A program made the position numbers and the translations under genes. A stretch of 64,000 bases of DNA. Origin: Podarcis vaucheri. Taxonomy: Eukaryota. Where the stretch lies: NCBI GenBank assembly GCA_965113315.1, contig OZ220363.1. The stretch is one strand, 5' to 3'. Positions 11,301 to 24,922 of this stretch are shown one piece after another. A model generated the notes under the pieces. That model was not told where the DNA came from. It made no database searches and worked only from the letters and a program-made list of their open reading frames with translations. Positions within the stretch are counted from its first letter, which is position 1. Each line of letters opens with the position of its first letter.

Positions 11301-11950
11301 AGAACTGAAGCGGCTAGAATAATGCCAGTTCTGTCTGATTTTTCGCAGTACATATGATTTTCACCTAAGAAGCTGCAAAATCAGAAACCCTACTCCCATG
11401 TATGGGTTTGTATAACTATCAAATCAAACTTTCTTCCAGCTTCTTAAATCTGGACTGAATTTATACACAAACCCAAAAAAGATTTCTTATCAAATTGTTG
11501 CATAATCTCAATTACCACAAGGCTCACTTCTTAAGATTCATTTTGCAGACAACCATTCAAACATTCTGCAGTGGCTTTGGAGGGCATAACCTTGCACTTT
11601 TTAATGTGTGAAAGTGTTGAGCTGTACATCATGTATGAATGATAGCCTAAACATCTAAATTGCAATACAAATGGTTTATATAAAGGATTTATCCAAAATA
11701 AAACAGATGCTTTCCGGTATCAATTGCTTATTGATAACAAAACCACTCAAATTGTAGTTCATTTGAATTGCAAGGCTGCAATCCTACACTCAGTTACCTG
11801 AGAGTAAGACCCATTGACCCATTTATCGGCTGCCTTTCCTCCTTGGCTAAAAGGTGGTGACTGGCCCAAAGTCACCAAGTGAACAGGTCACTTAACTGAT
11901 GAATGGAGGAAAGTCCCAGTGTACCAGTACCTGTGTTGATTTTTAAAATA

Positions 11951-12169
11951 TAGTGGTACCTCGGGTTAAGTACTTAATTCGTTCAGGAGGTCTGTACTTA
12001 ACCTGAAACTGTTCTTAACCTGAAGCATCACTTTAGCTAAAGGGGCCTCCTGCTGCTGCCGCGCTGCCAAAGCACGATGTTCTTAACCTGAAGCAATATT
12101 TCTGGGTTAGCGGAGTCTGTAACCTGAAGTTTATGTAACCTGAAGCGTATGTAACCCGAGGTACCACTG
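11951..12169. mobile_element. Tc1/mariner (Tigger-like) MITE
   Basis: TIRs (C/T)AGTGGTACCTCGGGTTA, TA TSD; same family as 30530-30771 and 61555-61780. Confidence 0.9.
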
Positions 12170-12604
12170 TACATGTGATCTTTTCAAAATAAAAGTTATT
12201 GTAGGGTTCAAGATTCTTCATTTTGGCTCTTCTCAAAGATCACCATAATATGCCTCCTCAAGTGGACCAAATATTGCCTATTGGTGAGAACTCACCCATG
12301 TTTCTGACATGGAAGCATTATGAGAGGAAAAGAAATCAGAATCTGTGAAATGGCTTATAATTTCAAAGAGAGGAGTATGAAGTATGAAAAACATATCACT
12401 ATAAAATACTGAGAATTGCTCCACTGAGTTCCTGCATCAAACACCACAAGCAATATGAATACACATGTTGTTTTCTGTTTTTATATATTGTCATGTTTGT
12501 TCATATCATCAAAATATTTTTGTGAGGCCTAATTGCACACAATACAAATCATGTTCAAGGCTTTCAGTAACTACTAGCCCTGATCACTATGTTCTGCTTC
12601 CACT

Positions 12605-12740
12605 GTCAGAGGCACTATGCCTCTGAATGCCAATTGACTGGAATCACAGATGATTACTCCTGTAAGCAGCTGGTTGGCCCCTGAGAGAACAGGATGCTAG
12701 ACTAGATGGCCCATGGACCTGATCCAGCTGGCTTTTCATT
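12605..12740 (+). mobile_element. Old SINE/CR1-tail fragment
   Basis: CAGGATGCTAGACTAGATGG...CTGATCCAGC type 3' end; related remnants at ~47100-47430. Confidence 0.5.
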
Positions 12741-13105
12741 TGTCATTTGTTATATAGTCATCTGTGTATCTTCCTCTTAAAAAGGTAAAGGACCCCTGGC
12801 AGTTAAATTTCCCTCAATGATATCATTACACGTGAAAATCTGGCTAGACATCCTATTCAATGCAACACAATCTCTGACTGAATAGGACCACCAATATGAC
12901 TAGTACAAGAAAGCAGAAACAGGCAAAGACCAAAAATGGTGCTGAAGTAGCAGCAAGCAGGGAAAGCAATAGGATCAAACAGCTAAATATTTCTATTTTG
13001 GGGAAATATTTCTACCCCACTAAAATTGCTGTTTTTAAGACGAAACCTGGCTCAGTCCTAGTTCTAACTAGCAGATGGGGGAGGGATATGCTAAATGTGA
13101 TGCAG

Positions 13106-13192
13106 TTGCTGTTGGCATCTATTTGTGCCTCAGGAAACAACGGAGTGCGTCTCCAGGAGTGAAGTCAAACCTCTGGAGTATCACAATGTCTG
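13106..13192 (-). mobile_element. RTE-clade LINE 3' end fragment
   Basis: Minus strand ends ...TTTGACTTCAC...GATGCCAACAGCAAC, resembling squamate RTE 3' termini as I recall them. Confidence 0.5.
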
Positions 13193-13550
13193 GTATGTAA
13201 GTCATAACTGCCTTCCCTGCCCCCCCACAGCTATTTTGTGTCTGGTACCCCCAGCACCCTCAAAATTCGAAATGTTTCTACTGGTCCAGAAAGGCTGGTG
13301 ATCCCTGCATTAGAATGATCAAAAGGAACCTGCAACTTAACTGTTGCAGTGTTAGGTGCTTCTCTTTAGTGTTCTAGCCAGTCATGTTTTCATTGAGGAT
13401 ATTCCATTCCATTTCCTTTCCTCACCTTGATTTTCTGACTTCCTCCTGACTCACAGCATTCTGTGGCCACTAAACATGCACCATCATGTTTTTTGAGGGG
13501 AGTTCCCATACATATTTGTGTGTGTGTGTGTGTGTAATGAAAGAAAGATA

Positions 13551-13858
13551 CAGTGGTGCCTCGCAAGACGAAAAGAATCCGTTCTGTGATTCTCTTCGTC
13601 TAGCGGTTTTTTTGTCTTGCGAAGCAAGCCCATTGACGGATTAGCGCTATTAGCGGCTTATCGGATCAGGTGATAAGCGGATTAGCGGCTTAGAAAAAGG
13701 GGGGGAGGAAAAAAAACCCACAGGAACTCGCAAGACATTTTCGTCTTGTGAAGCAAGCCCATAGGAGATTCGTTTTGCGAAGCACCTCCAAAACGGAAAA
13801 CTCTTTCGTTTAGCGAGTTTTCCGTCTTGCGAGGCATTCGTCTTGCGGGGCACCACCT
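13551..13858. mobile_element. Tc1/mariner (Tigger-like) MITE, CAGTGGTGCCTCGCAAGACG family
   Basis: TIRs with TA flanks; opposite-orientation sister copy at 39286-39642. Confidence 0.9.
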
Positions 13859-16800
13859 TAGGCTTCTTAGTTATCTGCTATAAATCAGTGAAATATTTTC
13901 AATACAAAGGTAAAAAATTATTATCAAACATGATAATAAATGCTTAGTTTGCTTTTAGGTGCTATAGAAATATGTCAATACTAAGAAAGTGAACAAATGC
14001 AATTTCTTGAACAAACTTTAGCCAATTAAAATTCATTACACCTTCAAATAAACCTCATCCAGAAAAACTATGAATGTGTATATTACTGTGGTAGATTCAG
14101 GCTGAAAGAATTTTATTTATAATACATTTCTTTGCTAAGCGAAGATGAAACCAGAGAAAGGTACAAAGCTGGGCTTTCCATGATACGAACCCTACCATCC
14201 AATTCACTAAAGGAATTGGAGTAGGCCATGGGATTCCCTCAAACAGCATCACATAATCTACCAGATGCAGCTGTCCTCTATATCTGTATTATAGGATCTT
14301 TTTTCCTTTCTTTCTATTTGTATCACCTTGATTGCCCTCTATCTCAAAGTTGCACCAAAGCAGAGAAAGCGAGATTGGAGAGAAAAGAAAAAAGGAACTA
14401 CTACAAAATTGAATGGAAAAGAAGCAGTGGGTGGGGAGTGGGGGAGAAGGACACAAGCAAGAATAAATTTCTGTTTTATATATAATATATAAAATACACA
14501 AGGATTACAGTATCTAACTCATAACACACATTCCTACACACGCACTCACACATACACATATATATTCATTCGGAGTCAGAGTGTGTTGTACACTTACATC
14601 AAAGTTCTGTAATTCCAAGCATAAGTTGTAGGAGGAACTTTGTGGAACTTGGGAAATCAAAGACCAAGAAGGCGTTATATTTAATGTATGGCATTTTATT
14701 CATTTGCATTTTGCAGGGTTTTACCTGAATTGATTTAGAGCAGAGTGAATTAGCTGGAATCTATGTAGGCACCCAGTATCTATTTTCCAACAAATACTGT
14801 AAGCATTTTGGAAGTCTCTTGTCTACAGAATTTAATGCAAAGAGTAACAAGCATGAACCTATCTGAGTTCATATATCTAGATGTGAATTTACAGTCCGTT
14901 GTACTTCAGCTGATCATCCTAGCTTTAAATTAAAGAGTGGTGCTACTCTCTGCCTCTAATTTCACCAAGTGCATATGAGTTTTCTTCAGAATATTAAATT
15001 TTTGTTAAGAGTGACTGCTGCCAGGCTAACCATCACTCATTATGCCTTGGGAAAAGCTGCTTATTTGCCTCCTCCCTCCTTTTTTTACTTAGGAAGGCTC
15101 ATTATACTTTAAATTTAGAACAGCTTCTGTAAGTGACAATTTATCCCAAAACCACTTTTAAAAAGGTACATGATTTTTTTGCATCTCTATATGTGTGCAT
15201 TCCTTGCTTATTGAAGGGGATGAATTCTAAAATTCAAAATTTGCATCATGCAAATCCTATGAATTTATTATTAAGTTGTCTTCTGACAGTTCTGCCATTG
15301 GAATTATTATTCTCTAACATTTATAAAGTTGTTGATTGTGTATAAACGAAAGTCCTAACGAAGCAGTTATTTGCAGATAGGATTAAAACACAAAGCTAGC
15401 CTTGAATGAACAGAAAGGTACGTGATATAACAAATGGTTGGAGGGTATGGGCTGATATTTAAAGAGGTAAGGTTGTACAAAGGTACCTTTGATGGGCTAT
15501 TTTATGTTGAGGATAACCAGCTATGACATTTCTTTTAAAAGGTCTGGATTGCTAAAGAGGGAATGCCCTAAATTCATGGATGAGAACTACTGCTGAGCAT
15601 GAATGCTTCTTTAATATTTTGACTATTTTTGAGGGAAAGACATTCATGCTAGAAATGTTTTTTCACTAAATCTCCATTGAATGCTGAGCACTTCCAAGAT
15701 CATTTACAAAGCATACTCTTCTTAAAATGATTAAACTGCCTTTCGCCATGCTTTCAGTGATATAAGGCTCAGCAAGGCTCTAGTGCCCCACAAGCTAAGA
15801 ATTTTAAATGACAAATAAGAGAACAGCATCAGCTCCGGGTAATTACAAACTATGACTTCACCTAACCTTACAAGGTTGGCTGTTATTGGGCACCCTCTTT
15901 CCTAGTGAAAGTCCAATTATACATTCCCTTTGAACTTTACAGACCTATCTAGCCTTGGTTTCCAATATGCTATCAAGTTGAGGCCAGAGTTATAAATCCA
16001 TTTCCTATCAATCATTTTATTTTACGGAGACTGATCTGTCTGACCTCATATTGTATCTTGAGTGCTCAAATTAGGGAAGCCATTTCTCCCAAAGTAGAGA
16101 GCTGCCCATTTTGTGTATATGTGCTAATTCTTTTAAATAGATGTAAATGAGGCTGGCATGACAATTCCTAGTACTTTGTTTAGGAAGGAGACAAAAACAA
16201 CTAGGAATTTGATCCAGAATTTGCAGCTTGAGTATACACTATGGATTTATATCATGTTTGGTCTCTAGGGCTTAGATTAGTTGACACTGATATTTTACAA
16301 TGTGTAATTTTTAAAGAAGCAAATAAACATTCCATAAATAGTCCTCTTCATAAGTTTTTGAACTCTTCCCAGGCAGCAGATGCAATGGGCTAGTAGCTGA
16401 AAGGATCAGCTGGTTCCTAGCAGGCATTACTTTTCTGGCTTCTATATGAGTACAGGCTGTCCTTTTTTTCTACAAACCTCCCCCCAACCTCTCCTCTCTT
16501 TGTATCAGGATAGCAGCAGTTTTCTTCTGCTCCTTAAATAAACTTGCAGCTCAGTCACACATACAAGAAAAATGGAAGCAATGTTCACTGTGTTTTGGAC
16601 TAGGGTATCAAGGTGCACTCCTAAGCTTTCTTGTTTGACAATAAATTGTGTTAAAATAAGTGGGATTCAATTCTCAATGAGTGTGGTGTTAGCATCAGGA
16701 GGTATCTTAATTTTAGTCAGAGTTCAGTGTCATCATAAAGGTTTGGGCTGAATGTATGTGCTGGTCTCTAAAGTAGAAGTACAACCTTTGTGCTAACAAA

Positions 16801-18676
16801 CTGATGCTTTCTTGTTCACATTCTTTAAGCCTTTCTTACAAAAGACACCATTGACAATTTTCAAACTTCCCAAAACAGATTTGCCTAGATAGTCTCCTGT
16901 AACAAAGGAAATCAAATTGAAATAAAGAATCGTTCTCAGTGTTGACTGCAGGCATTTCAGATTTAATGGCAGCCCACGTCTTCTCAGTGCCTCTCACAGA
17001 GAAGAGATAATGCATGTGAAGAGAGGCAAAATTGCAGGTTTAGTCATGTCAAAACTTGATATATGCCAAAATAGAGATCTGAGATGTCAGCAATAGCAAA
17101 ATAAGTGACAAGTGTTAAACTACCCAACAGAAGTAAATTCTGTAATTATTTACCTCTGTAGCTATATCAATGTGTGCTAATCTGTTGTGCACACCCATAG
17201 TTAAAGCATGCCAGACACCAAAATAAAATCTCTTTGCTCTCTCTCTATATCCAGGGATATGTTAATAGTGACTTGTCATTCATCGAGATCTGACTTTTGT
17301 CAAGGGGGAAAAAAAAGAGTAATAAAACTGAGGTGCCACAATACTGCATTGCAAGTAAACACAGCACCAGCAGAGAGGGCATTGGCTCAATATGCTGGGA
17401 GCTCCAATACACCATCATCTGCAAATGGACAACTTTAATTCGATTCCTGGCACTGTTGGCCATGCTGAGAACTCTCTCTCTTCCCAATAGGGGTTTGCTC
17501 TTTTAAGCATTGCTCCCTGAAGGGAAGGAAAAACCAGAGAAAGGATTTCCAATGACCCAGCACAGATGAATGGATGTGTCAATGGTGAATATTGGTTAAG
17601 CTTTGAAATAGGGAATCCTGCAGTGGTCTTTCAGCTTCATTCCCCCACTAGTGACTGCCACTGTGGACTTCAAATGTTGTAGGAGCCTTTAGGGGACAGG
17701 CCATAAATGAAAAACATCAATAAAATTGTTTCATTAAAAAAGAAGAAAGAAATAATAATAAGGGCATTTTTCTGACTCCATACTTTTGAACATTTTTCTG
17801 GAAAATTTAATAAGAGATGTTCATCTTAAGAATAGTCTAGGTATTCTTACAATTTACAGGAAATACAGTGGTTCTTACCTAGACTGTCTGCATTAAATTG
17901 CTTCATTAGTAATTAGTGTATTCTACTTTTTTTGTAGCCTGGATGTAATTCTAGTCATGCAGTTGCCTGGTCACATTCTCTGCCAATATCTTATTAATTT
18001 CTCTTTTTATTAGCCTCTGAGAAATACACAAAATAAAGTAAGCAGTAGCGATTTTCATTTTTCCAGACTACATCATCTTGCAATTGGTTTAAGCACACAA
18101 AATATACTTCCTTTTCAGCATGCTTTATGGTTTGCTTTCCTCCAGTTATCAATCAATCACTCAGTGGCATGATATAATTTCCTAATCATACTAATATTCA
18201 TGCTTTTATCACTATTAAACCCAGAGCACATGCAATTCAATGACAGAAGTCTAATTATTTAAATATGGTGTAGTACAGCATTTCTCTTAAGGCCATTTAT
18301 TTTATGAGTTTTCATCCCTTTTTAAAAATTTATTCTGCAAAGTGAAATAAATAAACAAATATTATCATAACCCTCCAAGTAAATAGTGCTTGCTCTTTCA
18401 ATTTCCAGTAATGACAGCATTTTGTATATTTTCATACAAATTGTTCCCCCAATTGTTAATGAGAAGAATTCTATTAAATAAGTAGTCAGAACCTAAACTG
18501 GCATTTTATTTGTAAATAAACTAAGGTAAAATCCTGTGCTTCCTGGAGTCTTTATGTGATATAGAACTAAGAGTTTGCTAAGCACTAAGAGGATCACCTG
18601 CATTTCTTCTTTCCACACTTTCATTATAATGTGTGTAGTGAGTTCTGTGTATCTCATTTGTTATTATACTTATGCA

Positions 18677-19056
18677 AGAGAGCGGGTGGCACTGTGGTCT
18701 AAACCACTGAGCCTCTTGGGTTTGCTGATCTGAAGGGCAGCGGTTCGAATCCCCACAATGGGGTGAGCTCCTGTTGCTCTGTCCCAGCTCCTGCCAACCT
18801 AGCAGTTTGAAAGCATACCAGTGCAAGTAGATAAACAGGTACCGCTGTGGCAGAAAGGTAAATGACATTTCCGTGTGGTCTGGCTTCTGCCACGGTTTTC
18901 CGTTGCGCCAGAAGCGGTTTAGTCATACTGGCCACATGACCTGGAAAGCTGTCTGTGGACAAACGCTGGCTCCCTTGGCCTGAAAGCGAGATGAGCACCG
19001 CACCCCATAGTCGCCTTTGACTGGACTTAACTGTCCTGGGGTCCTTTACCTTTGCC
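18677..19056 (+). mobile_element. Sauria SINE (Squam1), full length
   Basis: tRNA-like A/B boxes, CTGCCAACCTAGCAG core, ACCTTT tail, 13-bp TSD TTATACTTATGCA (18664-18676, 19057-19069). Confidence 0.95.
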
Positions 19057-19148
19057 TTATACTTATGCATTTTAGATCATAATGAGTGTTCTAATAGCTT
19101 TCATGGACTTGCTAAAATACTTATGTGAGATCCCAAAGATCTGTAAAT

Positions 19149-19400
19149 GCCAGTGTGGTGTAGTGGTTAAGAGCGGTAGTCACGTAATCTGGGAAACCGG
19201 GTTCGCGTCTCCGCTCCTCCACATGCAGCTGCTGGGTGACCTTGGGCCAGTCACACTTCTGTGAAGTCTCTCAGCCCCACTCACCTCACAGAGTGTTTGT
19301 TGTGGGGGAGGAAGGGAAAGGAGATTGTTAGCCGCTTTGAGACTCCTGAAGGGGAGTGAAAGGCGGGATATCAAATCCAAACTCTTCTTCTTCTTCTTCT
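19149..19400 (+). mobile_element. Squam3-type (Ther1/MIR-derived) SINE
   Basis: GCCAGTGTGGTGTAGTGGTT head, GTGACCTTGGGC core, (CTT)n tail. Confidence 0.9.
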
Positions 19401-20199
19401 AATATATAACTACACCATGCAGTGGCAAAGATGGCAAGAAGTACTATTTGTTTGGTGTTCAATCAATTTGTGCCACTGTTAAGATGCTATTTCTCAATCC
19501 TCTATGCTGTTGTGCCTGCATTATATTTATGGAATATAAAAATCTTTATAATTTCCCAGAAAAAAATAAAGTTTACTATACCAAATAATGAGCTGCATAA
19601 AACAATTTTAAAATCAAACAATTAAACATATATTTGTAAATATTTAGAAATGGTAAAGATCTTATTGTCTAGGCCTGAGCCATACTAAATTCTAGCTCAA
19701 CAAAACTTTATACCAATATAAAGTTACTTTGCTGGCATACACCAATTTTCTGTTCTTTTAAGGGTTGGTGCTATAAGAATATCAAAATACTGATGCACTT
19801 AAATGCATAACTGCACCTGCTGAGCTCCCCTGCTTCTTTGAGAATAAGAAAGGGAACATGCATGGAAGGGGTAGGGGTTAGATTATGCTAATCTGCAAAA
19901 TGGATCTCCTTGGAGCAGAGATCACATAGTGGTTCACAGGGCTAAAGTGAACTAGTAAAGGGAGACCTTATTTAAGAAATACTAGGCAATCAGGCCAAGA
20001 TCCAATTAAGCAGTTTTGGTAAGCCCAAGAGTTTGGGCATGCCCTGTGACATTTTAATTCCCCGCCCTTTAACAGAAGACTTCAATTCCATATCACAAAC
20101 TGAAGTCCATTTCAATCTAGCTTCAAGCCTTATTTCAGCACCAGGACAATCAGGCACCCTGACTGATAACCTTTATCTCAGAAGGGTATGCAACCCTCT

Positions 20200-21050
20200 T
20201 ATTTTTCCTTTATCTCTCTGCATCTTTTGATACCATGGGGTCCTTTTGGAGCGGTTCTGGAGGTCTGGAGCACCATGTTATAACGAGAGCCAGTGTGGTG
20301 TAGTGGTTAAGAGCGGTAGTCACGTAATCTGGGTAACCGGGTTCGCGTCTCCGCTCCTCCACATGCAGCTGCTGGGTGACCTTGGGCCAGTCACACTTCT
20401 GTGAAGTCTCTCAGCCCCACTCACCTCACAGAGTGTTTGTTGTGGGCGAGGAAGGGAAAGGAGAATGTTAGCCGCTTTGAGACTCCTGAAGGGGAGTGAA
20501 AGGCGGGATATCAAATCCAAAACTCTTCTTCTCTTCTTCTTCTTTTGTGATCAATATCAGAAAGCAGCACTGGATGACTTCTGCTCAGCCGCCTGACTGT
20601 GGGGTACTGTGGGGTCCTTTAAGGTTCCATTCTTCCTCTGATGCTATTTAATGTATATATAAAACCACTGGAATATGTCAACCAGGTATATGGAGCATAG
20701 GGTCATCAGTATGTAGATGACACCCAAGTTCTTCTTTCCATTCCATATGAATTGGGAGAGACTTTGCCCAGAAGCTGGTCCAACAACTAGAGGCAGTAAT
20801 GGACTGGATAAGAGTCAGTAAATGGAAACTAAAGCCTGGTATGATGGAGGCACTGATGATCATAAGATAAGAGGCACAGATTGTGGCTTCTGGGTCCAGG
20901 AGTTGACCTGTTGGGGATTGTCTTGAACTTGCAAACATGAAGTAGCAGCCTGGGGATGCTCCTTGAGTAAACATTGTAATTTGAGGCTCAGGTAATGAGA
21001 AGTGCCTATTTCCAGCTTCAACTGGTTCATCTGCTACAGCCATCCTTGCT
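20200..21050 (+). mobile_element. Degraded L2 LINE RT region, interrupted by a SINE
   Basis: Decayed codons for LDLSAAFDT, GSILxPMLFNxYxKPL and HQYxDDTQ motifs. Confidence 0.8.
20289..20543 (+). mobile_element. Squam3-type SINE inserted in an L2 fragment
   Basis: Only 3 substitutions versus 19149-19400 outside the tail. Confidence 0.9.
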
Positions 21051-21902
21051 GTTTCTTACTGTTTCCAAACTATAATGCAAGTAAGCTGTGGGGCATCTTT
21101 TTGATGTATTGTCCCTGGATTTCTGGGTGCCAAAGTGGTGCCACAGTATCCAGAGATCCTAGTAGTGCAGTTCTTTAGTTCAAGATCATGAGTTTCCTTC
21201 CTTTTTGAACATCATGCAATGCACTAAAGAAATGTTAATTTTCAGTACATACACATTATTGTTTTGCAAGTTATTATTAGAAGAAGCTCCATGGGTAACC
21301 ACCAGCACTTAGGTGAAGTGTTATTACTCACAGAAAATATATGAAGTGTTGCAGAGCCTCAATATTTTTAGAACACAAAGATACCGGTACATTATCAGGT
21401 CTGACTGATTATCCTCTAACAATACCCAAACAACATAAAACCCTTAGGGTGCACTGGTGTCAACAGAACCCAAACTGCAATCTTAGAGGAAGATCCTTCA
21501 ATGCTGAATTAACATTTATAAATGTAATATGCAGGTTTCTTGATATTAATTGAAGCAAGTCATGCATTGGAATGGTCATGGACACATTTTAAAAAGGACA
21601 GTCTGTCCTTTAAAAAGGAGAGACTGTTAATACTATTTATTGAGAACAATAAACAGAAATTATCTGAGCCAGAAGACATGTACTTGAGCTAGCAAATATT
21701 TATTTTTATTTATGTGTTTATCTATAACATGATTTCAGTTGAATATCTTAAAAATAACCTGCAATATCTTAAATGACAACATATACACTTGTTAAATGCA
21801 TTATTCAACTGAGCTGTAGTGCAATCCCAATGACTGACTTTGAAATCTTATTTCAGTGAACACAATTCCAATAAAATTCATGGTTCTAAAATAGTAACAT
21901 AA

Positions 21903-21970
21903 GGCTGCATTTACCTAGGAGTAAATCCCATTAAATGCAATTTCTGAGTAGACATATATAGGATTGCACA
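21903..21970. repeat. Short palindromic MITE-like repeat (GCAATCCT...AGTAAG..CCATTGA...AGGATTGC family)
   Basis: Related degenerate copies at ~265-350, ~2450-2535, ~11775-11820 and ~38738-38810. Confidence 0.5.
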
Positions 21971-23901
21971 GGATACAACTGCTGCTTAGACACAGATATA
22001 AAATTTCTAGAAATTTTGAAAGCATGGAATAATTTGTTTCTGACAAAAATTCAATTTGGGGAGAATCAGTTTCTGAGGCATACCTACCATGAAGGAACAA
22101 TGCCACCTAAAAACAGTGTCTCCCAATTCCAGAGATACTGTGGCAGAAGGAAATGAAAGCCACCAAGTGGTCCAGGAAAATCAATAGGACTTTTCTCCCC
22201 TGCCCATTGCCCAGCACAGGTAATCTACCCTAGCAACTAAGGCTAATTAGTCACAAAACAGAATTGGAATTTCATGGGAAAGGAGATAACCAGTGGCTGA
22301 AGAACTAAAGAGCAGCTAACCAAATCTTACCTCAAAAAGTGATGTACTCACTAATTTAAAAGATAAACTCTTTCATAGGCGGAGTTATTCAAATTTCCAG
22401 AAATTTCCATTGAAAATATTGAAAAGGAAAGGTCTCAGAATTAAAAAAAAAATGGGGGAAAAGAGAATTCCCTCCTCTCCACCCCCAGGCCACCACATCT
22501 CTACTCTGTCATCAAATCAGCAGGTGACTTTAGACCATGCGCACACTCTACAAAGAACAGGAAAGCCAAGCACCTCAGACAAATATATAAATGAGAATAA
22601 TTAAATAAATCATTACCTTGAAACACACACTATAAAAATCAAATCATGGAGATTTCAAGTAGGCAAAAATAGTTACTGCATTGTTTTTTTCATCCTACAC
22701 CAGAAACCATTCAGTGGACATCTCTGTCCATGCATACTTGCATACCTCTCCACTTCTCCATATTGCACATAGTTTATAAAGCTCAAATCAGGAGCTCCTC
22801 CATTTATTTCAATGCAGCAGAATCTGCCTGATCCTGTAAAGCCCCTTCCTGAAAACAGGGCCCAAAAGATCCCATTCAAACAAACACTGAAATCCCAAGA
22901 CTGAGTGTTGTTGTTGTTGTTTTATAATAATTCCACAATTAGGCACTCAAGTAGAGTTGAGAACTCTTTTTAGAATTATTGCCAAGGCTAGGCTTCTTTC
23001 AGGGCCTAAGCTTAACTACCAAACAAAACAGCATAAAGGAAAATGAAACTACAGTAACAGCTCTGCCCCAAAGGGCCATCTCAAAATTGCTAAATAGTTA
23101 AGAGAACCTCCCCCAATACCAACATATGTGTATCAGAATATAAAATGATGTATGTACTTTGAGAGAGTGGAGAAGGAAAACAGAGATACCCAGAATCTGC
23201 CTTAAATCTCAAAGAGCATAGGAATGCCATGTGGGTGGGTGCGTGGGTGAGCACCAGCCTAACAGCCTTTTGGTGCCATTCCTTTGCTGTGTGCTACCTT
23301 TAAAAAGAAATGCATTCACATGGCAGGAAAGGTGATTTGCTGTGCTTTGGATAGATACAGGGGCTAAAAGGTTCTTCTCCCACAGTTCCTTTCTGCAGAG
23401 TGAATAATTCAGGAAAATTCAAATGAGATGGCTTCCATTTGTCTCCTACTTCCTCTTCAGACTGCTTGACAGCCACTGCTTAAGTGTCACAAACCCTCAG
23501 TCATTAGCTATAACAGTGCACAGATGGAACAATATTTGCTCTGTCATTGGCATTCAATTAGGATGATGCCAGCTCTAAACATTAAGCCAGTTAAACTATG
23601 CTTTAGGCAAAGCACAGCCCATAATTTGAGCTTGTAAATTATCACTTGGAATCCTGATTTATCTGGGGTTTGATGTAAGGTACATATTATGTTTGTATAT
23701 ATAATTACATATATAAAAAAGAACTGCAGTCAAGTTTTTGGTTTTTCTACCAATAAAAGTAACACTGTGCTGCCTTTACCATCATGTAGGTATAGTCCAA
23801 ATTCAAATAACAAGCTAGAAACTACATATCAACAATTTTATTTGCAAAAGTAAAGAAAGAGACCTGCCCACATATATGCCTCTGACTGGCAGTAAGGACT
23901 A

Positions 23902-24070
23902 CCGTATTTTTCCATCTATAAGACACCCCCATGTATAAGACACCCCTATTTGGGGGGACTCCAATTCAAGAAAAAAATTGTGTATTTTATTATCCGTGTA
24001 TAAGACGTCTCCAAATTTTTGACATTATTTTTAAGGGAAAAATCCTAGTCTTATACACAGAAAAATATGG
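23902..24070. mobile_element. Tc2/pogo-type MITE (CCGTATTTTT TIR)
   Basis: TA|CCGTATTTTTCC ... AAAAATATGG|TA. Confidence 0.85.
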
Positions 24071-24300
24071 TAATTCCTCAAGTGGCAATGAGTGATTTTA
24101 TTCACATTACTACAAAATATGTAGGTTAAATTTCTATACTACCCTTCATTTGAGGATCACAGGACAGTTTACAATATACAAACACAAAAATACATACCAT
24201 AATAATAAACAAATCAATACCCCCTCCCCACAATTTCTCGGTTATACATTCTAAGCCTAGCACCTATCTTGGAACCATTCCTAAAAGCACAGGCCTAGAA

Positions 24301-24853
24301 CAAGGATGGGGAACTTTTTTGGCTCCACAGGCCAGATCCTTATCAGCCAGTGCTCACCTGTCGAAATCCCTTTCCCCCTGATTTTAAATTAGAAGCGGGG
24401 ACGGGGGAGACTTTGTGAATCTCCTTGCCCCTTTATGATTACAGTGAGATCAGAGATGTGAAAGGAAAGGCAGGAGACTCACCCAGGCTTTTGCAAGCCT
24501 CCTTTCTCTTCCCTTTTAACTACCCAATCTCAGGGATTTAAAGGGGAAGAGGGAGGAGGCTCTATGAGTCTCCTGCCCTACCCAATCTCCTGTCCCCTCC
24601 TTCTGTCCCTATCTCAATCTGAACTCACTCTGATCTTTAAACTCTGCTCATCAGCTGAATGAAAATTAAATCCTTCTGCCTAGGGCTGCACAATCCTGTT
24701 CCATCCTGAGAACAGGGTGGCACAGGCAACAGAGCTTTACACTCATTGGCTGATGGGCAGGTGGGCGTAGTTTGGAGAAAACATTATGGTGGGTCAACTT
24801 GGATCCCCTGGCACGCCAAGACTGGATCATGGACCAAAGGTTCCCCACCCCTG
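24301..24853. mobile_element. hAT-Charlie-like non-autonomous element
   Basis: TIRs CAAGGATGGGGAAC / GTTCCCCACCCCTG; degenerate 8-bp TSD GCCTAGAA/GCTTAAAG. Confidence 0.7.
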
Positions 24854-24903
24854 GCTTAAAGCATGATCAGTTCAAACTTTTCTAAAGAAACATTTTTGCC
24901 TTT

Positions 24904-24922
24904 TGACCACTAGGTGGCAACC
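24904..24922 (+). promoter_or_regulatory. Candidate CTCF site
   Basis: TGACCACTAGGTGGCAACC matches the CCASYAGRKGGC core. Confidence 0.5.
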
